Source of the DNA: Chrysomallon squamiferum
Lineage: Eukaryota > Animalia > Mollusca
Direction: 5' to 3'
Length of the DNA stretch: 64,000 bases
NCBI GenBank assembly: GCA_012295275.1
Contig: CM022665.1
Location: 25,792,001 to 25,856,000, forward strand
Positions 12,101 through 22,331 of the stretch are shown here, piece by piece. Below the pieces are notes generated by a model. The model worked only from the letters and a program-made list of their open reading frames with translations, had not been told where the DNA came from and searched no databases. Made by a program: the position numbers and the translations under genes. Position 1 is the first letter of the stretch. Every line of letters starts with the position of its first letter.

Positions 12101-15100
12101 GCTTTCAGCATGACATAACCCATTAATTATCATTACAAACACAAAACAGATTCTCTTATTTTTTGTACAAAAAATATTTTATGTATAGAATTTTTAATTT
12201 CAAATCATGTTTTTACTACAGATGAGTTTTCTTTCATACATGAAAGTAATCTTTCAGCATGTCTGTTTTTTGTAGTTAAAAAACCCCAGCTGTTTTGGCT
12301 ACCTACCACATAGATGTTATTTGCAAATACATAATCCAGTATATACTGATGTTGGAAAAAGTAAATGGGGAAATAAAAACATAACATCAGTCACCTAGTA
12401 CTAAAACAGACCATTATTCAAAGATTTTCAAGACTTTGAATTTAACAGAAAACTGTCAGTGCATTTGATAATTATAAAATTATATTAAATGTAATAATTT
12501 TAAGAAGGGCTCACTTTCTACAATTTCTGTCTTCAATAATCTTTCATTTGATGTCTTCTACATTTGAAATTAATTTCTTCAGTTCTTTTCAGTGAGCACT
12601 GTCCATGACTGTTTACCTACCTTATTTGTCTGCCATACCTATCCTCCAATCCATTCTTCTCTCTATATATGTTTCACTCTCCAGTGGTTGCAGCAAACCA
12701 CATACTTAACAATCTACCAGTCTGTTTATTATTTTACTGCTGTTTATTACTTACCCAGTTTCTTGTTTCCTGATCAAAGTCTATACAATGGTCCAGTGGC
12801 AAGCCCTCGATGTATTCTGTTGTGAAGACCAGTTTAGTACTCAGGTCATCTATTACTTCAGGCACATAATATGCTGGATAGTCCTTCAGTAATTCTCTAT
12901 TAAAAATCAATCAGTATATTGCAAAATTATATATTTTATACAAATAACAATCAATAGAAGACAAGTTTTATCATGGTTAAAAATAAATGAGATATTTATG
13001 ATAAACCATAAGTAATCATTTCCGTGTAATTATGGATAGGTTTTTCTTGTTCTCTTCATCTTCATTTCAGACCAATGTTCTCATACACATTTTTTATTAA
13101 TGTTCATGTTTATCTAATTTCTGTACATTCTTATAAAATATATACACTTATATAGCAATTTATATTTACTTAGAAACATACAATAGCCTGGAAGATGAAA
13201 TACCACTATTACTGAAGCTCATGCTCAGAATTATTGTTAGATGTTTTATTTTTATTTTTAATCTTTAAAAATATGAAAGACAAAATAGATTACTGTGCAC
13301 TTATATCAAGAGTTTCAAGAAACTTATGTTAAAATGCTGTTTATTTTTTTCATTTATTTTTTGTTTTGTTATATCAACACTTTCAACTTTGAGTGCAAGC
13401 AAGTCCACACAGTGTATATGGATTAACCTAAATACTGAGACTAGGTCATAAAAGTTAAATGTGGCTTACAATATATTATTTTAAATGCATACATTTTTTT
13501 TAAATTGTGCCTTTCTCTCACTGTAAGTATGTTAAATTTAACAGTCTTACCTAAACAGTCTACAGTATTTTGCTTCTCTGATGTAGTCAACTTCCCAAGC
13601 TAATTCTGTTTTGGCTACTTCTATAGCACTTTCAATGTACATACCTGAAAAAAACATTATCTGTGCAACACAATATCTCTTAGGAACAAATATATTAATT
13701 TTTGCTTACACAATATCTCTTAGGAACAAATAAATTAATTTTTGCTTACACAATATCTCTTAGGAACAAATAAATTAATTTTTGCTTACACAATATCTCT
13801 TAGGAACAAATAAATTAATTTTTGCTTATACATTTTACCATTGCCAGTTAACAGCTGTCATGTGATTTCTAATCTTAATGTATAAGGTAAGAAATCTATG
13901 GATTAATCTTACTTATTAACAGAATATATATTTTACAAGAACAGATAAGAAGACAATAAAGGATTTGAGTGTATTTTGTTAAGCATTTTTAAGAATTTAA
14001 ATCTGGTAGCTGCATTGAATGAATCTTCATTTATTTTATTTACCATCACAAGCTGGTTTTTACATAATGATTGTATGAGAAAGGAAATCTGCTGCTACTA
14101 CTTCATGGAAACTGTCATTAAATAACTAAAGGTTGGGGTTTTTTAAACCTTAACTTTTTAATAAAGAATGAAGCATATACTATTGCCATGGGCAAACAAG
14201 TCAAAAAACTATAGTCTGAATAATTATTAAGATGTTAAATTTAATATAACTAAGCAAGTTAGGTTGGTGAATTTAGTGTAACACCTACATCACAGAACAG
14301 ATTAATTTTCTGTTTTTCAATAATCATTTTGGGTTTTATTTAATTTTTCTTTGACAAAGTTTTTCAAAAATTGCTTTGTGTGCATTATGAAAGTTCTGTA
14401 TTTTGTATATTAAAAATAACGATGTGTAGTGCAATTTATAGATCCTAACCATAACTATTTTATAAATAAAAGTAAAGTATTAATCAAAATGAATGAATTT
14501 CTTACATCTGTTAAAACTGCATTTCATACCAATAGCATAATTATGTATAAGTAGTACAAGAACTGGTATTAAATTTATTTCCCTTTACCAGAATTTCATA
14601 AAGTATTAAAAAAAAAAAATTGAATAAATTATCTGCGATTTTCTTGTTAGTAATAATTAAATATATTGTGTTTTATTTATTCTTACCAGGTGGTAGTATC
14701 TCCCAAACATTCAACACAGCCATCAGATTGTTGATGTCACTATCAATACTTTTGGCAACCCCTGGATACTGTAATATAAAATAAGACTCGTATGCATGTG
14801 ATGTTATTATTACATTTGTTTAATATTATAAGGCAATTATAATTATTTTCTTTACACTAGCAGTATTAACACAAAAAGAGCATTTTTACGAACTTTATTA
14901 TTGTGACTCTGCTCTAGCAGTATTTACCTGAACTTTAACGGCAACCTTTCTGCCATTTTTCAGCGTGGCCAAATGAACCTGTCCAATGGAGGCAGCAGCA
15001 AAAGGTTTCTCATCAAAAGATGAAACTTTACTTCTCCAGTCTGGTCCAAGCTCTTTGTTCATTACTTTCTAAAACAAACATGTGGGAATGAATGACTGAA

Positions 15101-18100
15101 TGAATGTTAGTGACACCTGAACATTTTTTTAATATTTGTGTCTTTGGGTTGTTAAAAACAGAGCTGTGTAATGATAAATAAAGACTAAAAAAAAGGTTGG
15201 CTGCTGATAGCAGGAAAGATGTAAAAACAGACTAGCTGATATTTCTTCATAACTCTCCTGTAGCATTTAGCTACATCTTCGTTGGAATGCAGGAACAGCA
15301 AAAATAAATATATAATTACTCTACTTTTCTGTTAGCCAGAAAGGTAAACAATTTATTATTATTATAATTTTTTATTTTTTATTTATTTTTGCTGTTTCAT
15401 GTTCAAATTATAACCTGGATGAATATAACACATAAAAAAAAAAGTAAATAACACTTAAAACAAATTTGTTTTCATTTTTAAAAGCATTTAGTAATTATTA
15501 CCAATTTTTGTTTTGGTTAATTTTATGCATTAAAAATTAATATGCTGACACCAATAATATGTGTAAATAGTTAATGGAAGAAATCTTTGAAAAACTTTTT
15601 CTCAGATGAAAATATGAACTCTACCAGTGTCTGTGATGAAGGCATAAAATCAGCACTCTGACGAACCCGCTCAAATATTGCCTGCCACTGAGGACTGATC
15701 ATTGAATTATCTAACAACAGTGACAAAATAATAATAAACAAAAATAAAAATCTGTTTGTCCTCAGAATATAAAAACAGATAATAATTATTACTGACATTT
15801 AAAACAGCAAATCTAGTAAATGAAATTTTGTTTATTATTGTTTTGAGTCAGTCAGACCGTATATTTTGAATTACTGAATAGCAATGGTGTAAAAACTTTC
15901 ACACAGATTCATTATCTTTTACAGTGGTTGTACATGTCCGATTATGAAAAATAATTTATTACTAAAAAATATATATAAAGAGAAGTAAAATTCAAAAAGA
16001 TAAATTTACACACTTAGATCAAAAAAATTACTTTAAAAATCTCAAAAGAAAGTTACCTTGAATACTAAGCAGCTGACCCAGTTTGAGGGCAGCTCCACGA
16101 ACACGACACAGGGTATTTACAATTCTTTCTGCATTAGCTTCAGTCAGAAAAGGACTTTTAGCTAAAATTTAAAAAGGTAAATCAAAAAGCCTTACATTTA
16201 CTGGCTTTAAAACAGTTAACAGATCTGTGGTTTAATTGCCATGAAAATCAAAAAGATTAAAACCAAATTTTAAATAGACTATTTGATCAAGTTTATTAGT
16301 TGAAAAGATGTGGAATAACTTATGAAATATTAATTATATCATGTATAAAAGAAATATTAAATATATTTTATTCTTAAACAAAAAGTACTTTATATTTAAA
16401 TTTTTTAAATTTAAAATCTGAAGAGAAAAGAAAATTACAGTTTACCTTTATCCCCTAAACCCACAGACCTCCTGGCTACTTCTGCTAAAGCTCCAATTCC
16501 CAGGCCAGCTGCAAGACCTAATGGAAGAAGACAGAGAACAAATAAATATCCCCAAATTAATAATAATAAATACAAGTCAAAGTTATTTAACTGTACACAT
16601 GCAAAACTAACAATACCACAGAACAAAAAATGAAGGATAAACAGGGAAAATAAATGTCTGTGTGTGTGCTTTATTAGTCTTGCTAATTGAAATACTGATT
16701 GTAACTAATTTATAATTCTTTTTAATAATTAATTATGGCTTATAGAAAAACAACAGTGCTGCTTGGGAAAGCACATACCATGAAATTTTAACACTCCAGC
16801 TGTAAACCACAGTCTGTGTGTAATGAAAAGGATTGATCCTGTGCCCTATCATGCTGCAGGTAAAGACTTTACATTGAACTATACAACTAGTTCCAGATAA
16901 ATGCTTTGAGAGGACTATAAAACATATGGTACTAATAAAATATTGTTAAAGACTAATATATATCAAAAAAGTTAAATTAAATTTAAAAAAAAAGACAGAT
17001 ATATTTTAAACAATATACCTCCATAATTGACAAGACGACTAACTCTGGATACTGGAACCCGTCTCTGACGAGATGATGGATTAAGCTGTAAATAACAGAA
17101 TAACAAATTTTACATTTCATAAATTATCATCTTACCCAGAGGTAATCAACTTAATAATTACTAGAGCAAGTTTCACTATTTTACACGATTCTAATCAACT
17201 AGTATTGGTTAACTGCAAGATAATTGTTTGTTTTGTTGGGCTTTTTTATATTAATAATACAAAATAAAATTTAACAATTTTATTTAAATACTTTATATTT
17301 TAAAACATTTAAAAAACAGTTCTTGTTTAATTTTAAAGTTTGTTTTTATAATAATATCTCTTGAATATATACACACACACACACACACATTTTGGACAAT
17401 TTTTAATATATAGCTTGAGAAAAAACTGCCTATATTTGTCCTTTTATATGAACTTTCCTTTATTATATAAAACACATGCAGCTGTTTTGGTAACCAACTA
17501 CATAGCACTGGCATCAACGGGAAACATCCCAAAGGATGTTCAAAATATATGAGATAGATTTTCCTTTGTATATTTCTTCTAAACATAGACATCAAATACT
17601 GGAATGAAAAACTAATACAAAATTTTAATGACCATAGAGGCAAAATCCTACTTTATTTTCTTCAGACATTAAAAACGTTGCTGAATCTGTTTTCACTGGT
17701 GCTTGTTTTGCTGGTTGGTTAGTTTTCACAGCTGTAGGTGAAGGTGTCTCCTCCTGTGAGATTCTTTCTGATGCATTACGAGGTAAGTTAGTTGTTTTAA
17801 CTGTGGAAACCTTCTTGTGTTCTTGTTTCTTGTCTTTTTCTCTAGAACTGTCCCTAACAACACTATCTGATTGAAAATTTGTATTAAAATCACTTTCAGA
17901 AGAAAATATTTTTTTCTCCTTTATAACGTCATCTGTTGCACTATCTTGTTCAGGCTTCTCCTAGTATTAAATGAAAAAAAAAAATGTACATAAATGCAAT
18001 TATAATCAATAAACTTATCACCCATTTTCAAATTTAGGTGTAAATAAGACACTTGTATCTTACATATAAACTCAAAGAAAGCTGATGTTTTATTCAAATA

Positions 18101-18255
18101 TATATATTTATCAGATTTAATGTAATTCAAAAATGAAATATTACTGTTTACAAAAAAAAATTATTTCACAAAAAATCAGCAAACAGCCTAATGAAATATT
18201 AGATCTGTATTGTATTCACATATCTAATTTTAGATATTCAAGATACGTATTATTT

Positions 18256-18298
<43 letters not shown>

Positions 18299-18562
18299 CA
18301 ACAACAACAATAATTAATAAATTTACATAGCTCAGATGAGACTTTCTGTTTTTATTTAATTATTTACCTGAGTGCTGTAAGATGGTTTTGAATATGAAGT
18401 GCATGTTTCCTTGGTTTTAGTTGTACATTCTTCAACAGCAGTGCGTAAACTGGAATTCATCCATATCCTTGACCATTCATTGCTCTGGTATTTAAACAAA
18501 GCCTTGGAAATATTTTCAAGTCCTCGAATAAATCCAGCTAAATCTCCAACCCTTCCAGCCAT
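763..18562 (-). CDS. COQ8: Atypical kinase COQ8 (ADCK3/ADCK4, UbiB family), mitochondrial; 12 coding exons in the window, final exon(s) lie beyond position 1
   Basis: Exons 18368-18562, 17652-17960, 17019-17085, 16446-16517, 16057-16161, 15625-15710, 14928-15068, 14687-14768, 13551-13644, 12755-12896, 1300-1407 and 763-915 join through GT-AG sites into 518 open codons. Motifs: [16 protein letters not shown] (KxGQ), [10 protein letters not shown] (A-rich loop), [25 protein letters not shown]. No stop is reached. Confidence 0.95.
1300..1407 (-). CDS. COQ8: COQ8 coding exon 11 ([36 protein letters not shown])
   Basis: Catalytic-loop QTDPNWSNF; tttcag acceptor, AAA|GTAAGT donor. Confidence 0.96.
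3829..4920 (-). CDS. Intronless class A (rhodopsin-like) GPCR, 363 aa, adenosine-receptor-like orphan; nested in a COQ8 intron
   Basis: Seven hydrophobic segments with GN (TM1), LAVAD (TM2), C3.25 and DRY (TM3), W4.50, FWMPY (TM6), NSMVNPIVY (TM7), helix 8 FRDTF plus CC; N-terminal NxT sequons. Position 3.32 is Ala, so it lacks the aminergic Asp. Confidence 0.93.
   Translation of the reverse strand: MAENTTVFEFINNFTTVQSVSEKNAKLDLILFGRIFAGIDICLAPFIIGGNLLVLVAVCSEPKLQTITNSYIASLAVADLLVGLVTIPLYSLFYLKIGKLDENKYACLFRCGMAIYSCGSSLLNLLLMSFDRYLAVIYPLKYLALMTPGRAKRALTFLWVFSTVLSFLPLAGWNTWKENSPCDLYTVLSKEYIYIAVHVQVLGCLTFTSLMYIRIFYTARRHHRQIQATCVYASAMAKKKTEKEISSAKVMSLVLLLFVLFWMPYMACSALKYIKSVPWDLVEVLKSFALCLSMSNSMVNPIVYAFLKKDFRDTFKKFLFRKFGCCFRHGEMTVQSIANIPDGHVLSSSKVIPEENALSITQI
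6385..6460 (-). promoter_or_regulatory. Candidate core promoter of the nested GPCR (CCAAT box, TATA box, Inr-like sequence)
   Basis: Minus-strand TATAAATA at 6422-6415, CCAAT at 6456-6460, Inr-like TCACAGT near 6390, in a locally CpG-enriched patch inside a CpG-poor intron. Confidence 0.4.
7257..7798 (+). mobile_element. Non-autonomous pogo/Tigger DNA transposon (internal-deletion derivative)
   Basis: TIRs CAGTGGAACCTCGGGTTACGAAC and GTTCATAACCTGAGGTTCCACAG (3 mismatches in 23), TA on both sides (7255-56, 7799-7800). Internal ATG at 7619 gives [36 protein letters not shown], resembling the Tigger transposase N-terminal HTH. Confidence 0.85.
9031..9100. repeat. (AAT)n microsatellite preceded by (AAC)n
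   Basis: Directly visible. Confidence 0.95.
12755..12896 (-). CDS. COQ8: COQ8 coding exon 10 ([47 protein letters not shown])
   Basis: Phase 2/0, donor TGG|GTAAGT. Confidence 0.95.
13551..13644 (-). CDS. COQ8: COQ8 coding exon 9 ([32 protein letters not shown])
   Basis: ELxxExDYxREA motif; phase 1/2. Confidence 0.95.
13668..13827. repeat. 40-bp minisatellite, 4 near-identical copies
   Basis: Unit ACACAATATCTCTTAGGAACAAATAWATTAATTTTTGCTT repeated 4 times. Confidence 0.95.
14687..14768 (-). CDS. COQ8: COQ8 coding exon 8 ([27 protein letters not shown])
   Basis: ttacag acceptor, CTG|GTAAGA donor. Confidence 0.95.
14928..15068 (-). CDS. COQ8: COQ8 coding exon 7 (…[26 protein letters not shown])
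   Basis: A-rich loop and VAVK lysine. Confidence 0.96.
15625..15710 (-). CDS. COQ8: COQ8 coding exon 6 ([29 protein letters not shown])
   Basis: [13 protein letters not shown] motif; phase 1/0. Confidence 0.95.
16057..16161 (-). CDS. COQ8: COQ8 coding exon 5 ([34 protein letters not shown])
   Basis: Contains the UbiB KxGQ motif; canonical splice sites. Confidence 0.95.
16446..16517 (-). CDS. COQ8: COQ8 coding exon 4 ([24 protein letters not shown]), transmembrane helix
   Basis: GxxxG-rich TM segment typical of COQ8; phase 1/1. Confidence 0.92.
16765..16895 (-). mobile_element. Decayed mollusc-type tRNA-derived SINE fragment
   Basis: GCACATACCATG...GGATTGATCCTGTG...TGAACTA resembles the copies at 37480 and 47390; family assignment is from memory of gastropod Meta/MESC-type SINEs. 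Confidence 0.35.
17019..17085 (-). CDS. COQ8: COQ8 coding exon 3 ([22 protein letters not shown])
   Basis: ttacag acceptor, GAG|GTATAT donor; matches the conserved COQ8 RxVPxxRxxRL segment. Confidence 0.9.
17652..17960 (-). CDS. COQ8: COQ8 coding exon 2, low-complexity N-terminal region (EKPEQDSAT...SEENK)
   Basis: 309 nt open in phase 0/0, acceptor tactag, donor AAA|GTAGGA. Confidence 0.75.
18368..18562 (-). CDS. COQ8: COQ8 coding exon 1 ([15 protein letters not shown]...YSTQ)
   Basis: ATG at 18562, acceptor tttttaatag before 18580, donor CAG|GTAAAT, phase 0. Confidence 0.8.
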
Positions 18563-18899
18563 GGTAAATATATTCCAGAACTATTAAAAACAGTAACACA
18601 AATTTGTATTTTATTTAAGTAACTGAAACTTTTATTGTTTATTATTATTATTATTTTTATTTTTATTTTTTTTTAAATGTTATGAAAAATAATCTCTGAT
18701 CAGTTCATCTAGATTTGTTTACTAATACATATTTTAATTATTGCATCAGGAAGGATTAAACTTAGGTGACAGTGTGTAGTCTCTTTATTTGTGCATTCTA
18801 AATATTGTTTTATGTTCTGAAAACAATCTTTATTGATTCTAAATTCAAGTTCATGCTTAATATCCGTTGATCTCACTCACTTTCAAAGAGTCTTTGACA

Positions 18900-18901
<2 letters not shown>

Positions 18902-18968
<67 letters not shown>
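18902..18968. repeat. (TG)n microsatellite
   Basis: Directly visible. Confidence 0.97.
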
Positions 18969-18971
<3 letters not shown>

Positions 18972-19199
18972 ATTAAGACAATTAAATGAATTATATATCA
19001 GTGTTAATAGAAAAGATCGAGATACTGAAATGGCCGGATGGCGTTTTCCTTCTTATTTCTGATAAGCAATCATTTTTAAATATTATATTTCTACATGAAT
19101 CTTATTAGTATTAAATAATAATAAAATAATAAATTAATTTAGATTAAAGTTTATAAATATTTACTATAATTTACTGTTATTCACTTATTGTTAAACTGA

Positions 19200-19730
19200 C
19201 CACTTATCGTTTCATGTTTTAGACCAGAATACTTTCGTTCATGTCAAACGATTAAGAAGAAAAATGCTCTAAAAACGGGTAACCAGTTTCTGGCTGCATA
19301 GCAATAAATGAACACGAAAACAAAATAAGTATCTATTAAAAGCACGTGTAAATATCATCAAAAACGTGAAAACTACAAGGAATCAGGGGAAGCAACTCTA
19401 AAATTCGATCCTCTGAAGGTCATACATCGTTTAAAAGGAAGGAACATATCGAGACTAATTCGTTATGGACGCTACGACATACATTGAAATGATATAGGCT
19501 ATGTCATCGTGATTTTGTCATTGCATGGACACAAAACAGCTGACTTTGTCACGTCACAGGTCATGTCATTGACTAGGCACTGCTGTGAGATGAGAAAGGT
19601 GTTCGAGAATGGCTCAGAGTTCAGAATAAAATCATAACAGGCGACAAAGTATTGATGCAAACTTTGGTGACAATGAATTACTTTCTAAATCGGTTATTAT
19701 TTTTTTAACATCGCATCACACACTCGTGCT
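19200..19730 (-). promoter_or_regulatory. CpG-enriched promoter region of COQ8 with a probable non-coding first exon (donor near 19201)
   Basis: High CpG density against CpG-poor flanks; minus-strand donor GTG|GTCAGT at 19201/19200; CACGTG, TCACGTCA and TGAAGGTCA motifs. Confidence 0.5.
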
Positions 19731-21999
19731 TTATTTTGTTCATTTATTTATTTATTTAGTTATTATTATTATTATTATTATTATTATAGATTGTTAATGA
19801 GATGTACTATATATATATATATATATATTTATTTATTATTTTTTTTTTTTTGTGGTAAAATCTGCAATTTGTTATGCTCAAATAAATTATTTAAAAAATA
19901 AAAGTAATAAGTTCTTAATCATTTTTAAACATATCCTATTGCATTTAACATTGTAGTATCAGTATATATATTATTTCAGTTATTTTCAATTTTGTCCATT
20001 TACATGTTTGTATGTGTGTGGTCAAATTTCATAATTAGATATGTCCGATCATTTTCATATATGTTGCTGACTCGCAATACCTTATTGAAAGAAATCTTCA
20101 ACTTTAGATCAAGAAAAAAGATGTGTTCAGTACTTGTTATTATAAAGTGAAATCTACAGTTTTGAAACTATTAAGATCTAAACTGTTTTTTTTTATTAAA
20201 AGGATATTTTCACTACCCAACAAATCTGTCAGTGCCACTGGATCATGCTGTAAGAACTAAGAACACCTAAATTGTAATGATACTTTTCTTTAAAATTAGT
20301 ATTAACTGTTTGATTCAATCATAATTTTATGTAACCTGTTGAAACTGCTTTCAGCATATTGTAATGTTCCATTAAACAAAATGTGTCCCTTACTTCTTTC
20401 TATTTGAATTACTTATATTTTATGAAGAAAATGAATTGTTGAATATATTTTTTTCAGAACATATTTTCATTCTATTCATTGTGCTATACTTCATTTTTAT
20501 TAAAGAAATAAATGATGCATTTTTTAAAAGAGTCTGTCCATAAAAATTTAAGCTGATACTAAATTATTAATATGATTGTTAAAACCACAGCTGCTTCTTT
20601 TAGCTGGCTGAACAAGCTGGTTTTTTATTTTTATTTTTTTCAGGAACTAATGGATTAAAACTTGTACTAACAAAGAGGAAAATAGTCGTTTTGACATTCT
20701 AATTTTGTGAGCAAGTTCACTATCCTTTTAATTTTTTGGCATGAGTGAATGAATTTCTGATAAAAGAGAATGTTATTGTTACAAAGTAGTGATTTCCCAA
20801 TCATTCAGTTTTCAATTATTTTTTTTTTATGTATTTATTTTATTTATTTGCTTTATTCTTTTTTGCTGTCTCTTCGTTTGATGTGCAGAAATTATTATAA
20901 TTAAAATATGAGACAGTTTTTTTGCAAAAGATAATTATTTTAATATGAAAGTGACATAAAAAGCTTAATGTGTCAAAATTCTGTCAATAGGTCTTTGAAG
21001 CTGGGACAGGAACATGACTTTGACAGTAACTGATATGTGTGCAGTTATATCAACATAATACGCAGAACCAGTAATCTCAGTATTAAATATTTTATTTTTT
21101 ATGTACTTTTATATGAAGAATAAATAAATACTTGAATTCCAAGAAGCATCTGTTGATTGTCAAAATGAAAAGTGAAGGAAGATCTTAATTTATCTTAAAT
21201 TATCTTTAATGTCCATTTCATCTTTTATTTAAAATATCAAAAACACAAGAACAATACCTAAAAACCATTTTGATGCTAGATATATTAAATTTCACAGTAA
21301 TGAAATGTGGTGAATTAACTTCCTGGAACACTTGCAAGTGTACACAGTAGATGAAGTTTTAGGTAGGTTTTTATGTTAAGTACTTTCCTTGGAATGTTGT
21401 CCATTTGTGAAAGAGCCATTATCATATCACTCCTTCAGTGAAAGTTTCATCATATTTCTTGTTACTATCATCTAAAGAAAAAGGTTTTACTCTATCTTGG
21501 CAAGGATTTAGTTTTACCATCTTAAAGACTGGAAACCTAGAATCACTACTCTCGATAAACTTTAAACATTTTCTTCAGCATTAAGCTACTTGATATACAG
21601 GCCCTCCTTACTTAACAACGGAGTTCCATTTCTATGCCTGTCATGAAGCAAGAAGCCGTCCCTTAATATTTCAGGCATACTCTACTGTTTCCGAGTTTGT
21701 GTCAACCACCTTTACACCATTTATAGTATAATTATTTTTAAATGTTTATGCAGTAGTGTAATGTTTACTGTAATAGAGGAAATCAGCTCTAATATAAATG
21801 ACTTGGATTTGGATACTGTAAATATGGGTAATTATTTTTATTTATTCTGGATAAAGAAAAGCTTCAGTAGAAACACCTACTTTATAAACTGTTTTAATTT
21901 GCATAACTTAAATATTACACAACATAAAAAATAAAATTACAGAAATTATAAGGTCTTGTACATGGGGTGCACAATAAAAAAAACAAATTTATAGAGTAG

Positions 22000-22081
22000 A
22001 TATGTAGCCTTGGAGGCTGTGAATGCTAGTGAATACTGATGAAATATGTAGTTTTGGAGGCTGTGAATGCTAGTGAATACT
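22000..22081. repeat. 44-bp tandem duplication (2 copies)
   Basis: ATATGTAG..TTGGAGGCTGTGAATGCTAGTGAATACT starts at 22000 and 22044. Confidence 0.85.
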
Positions 22082-22269
22082 ATGGTAATGAGAGACTCAC
22101 AATGGTTAAAGCAAAATGAAATGCTTGACACTAAGGTGTTGACTGTAACAAGATCATTTATGGAACTGACAGATTTTCTTAATGTTACAATTTAGCCTGA
22201 ACTCAAATTTGTTCATCTCTGAAAACTATTAGAACTGCCAATTAACTGCTGTTTTTTTTTTCCTGAAAA

Positions 22270-22331
22270 TAAAACACACTGAATACACAAAAAACAAGAG
22301 AAGTAGAGGCTTTGTTCAGCTTTAATTTATT
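22270..22331 (-). terminator. Candidate distal polyadenylation signal of Nova
   Basis: Minus-strand AATAAA at 22331-22326 followed by a U/GU-rich tract (TTGTTTTTTGTGTATTCAGTGTGTTTT); implies a ~3.1-kb 3'UTR. Confidence 0.45.

Noticed and set aside
13668-13827. CRISPR-like regular repeats
   Set aside because: The units are contiguous with no unique spacers, in a eukaryotic intron; this is a minisatellite.
21120-21760. Possible transposon relics between COQ8 and the Nova 3' end, including a Tigger-like end near 21597
   Set aside because: No matching second TIR or translatable motif could be established by eye.
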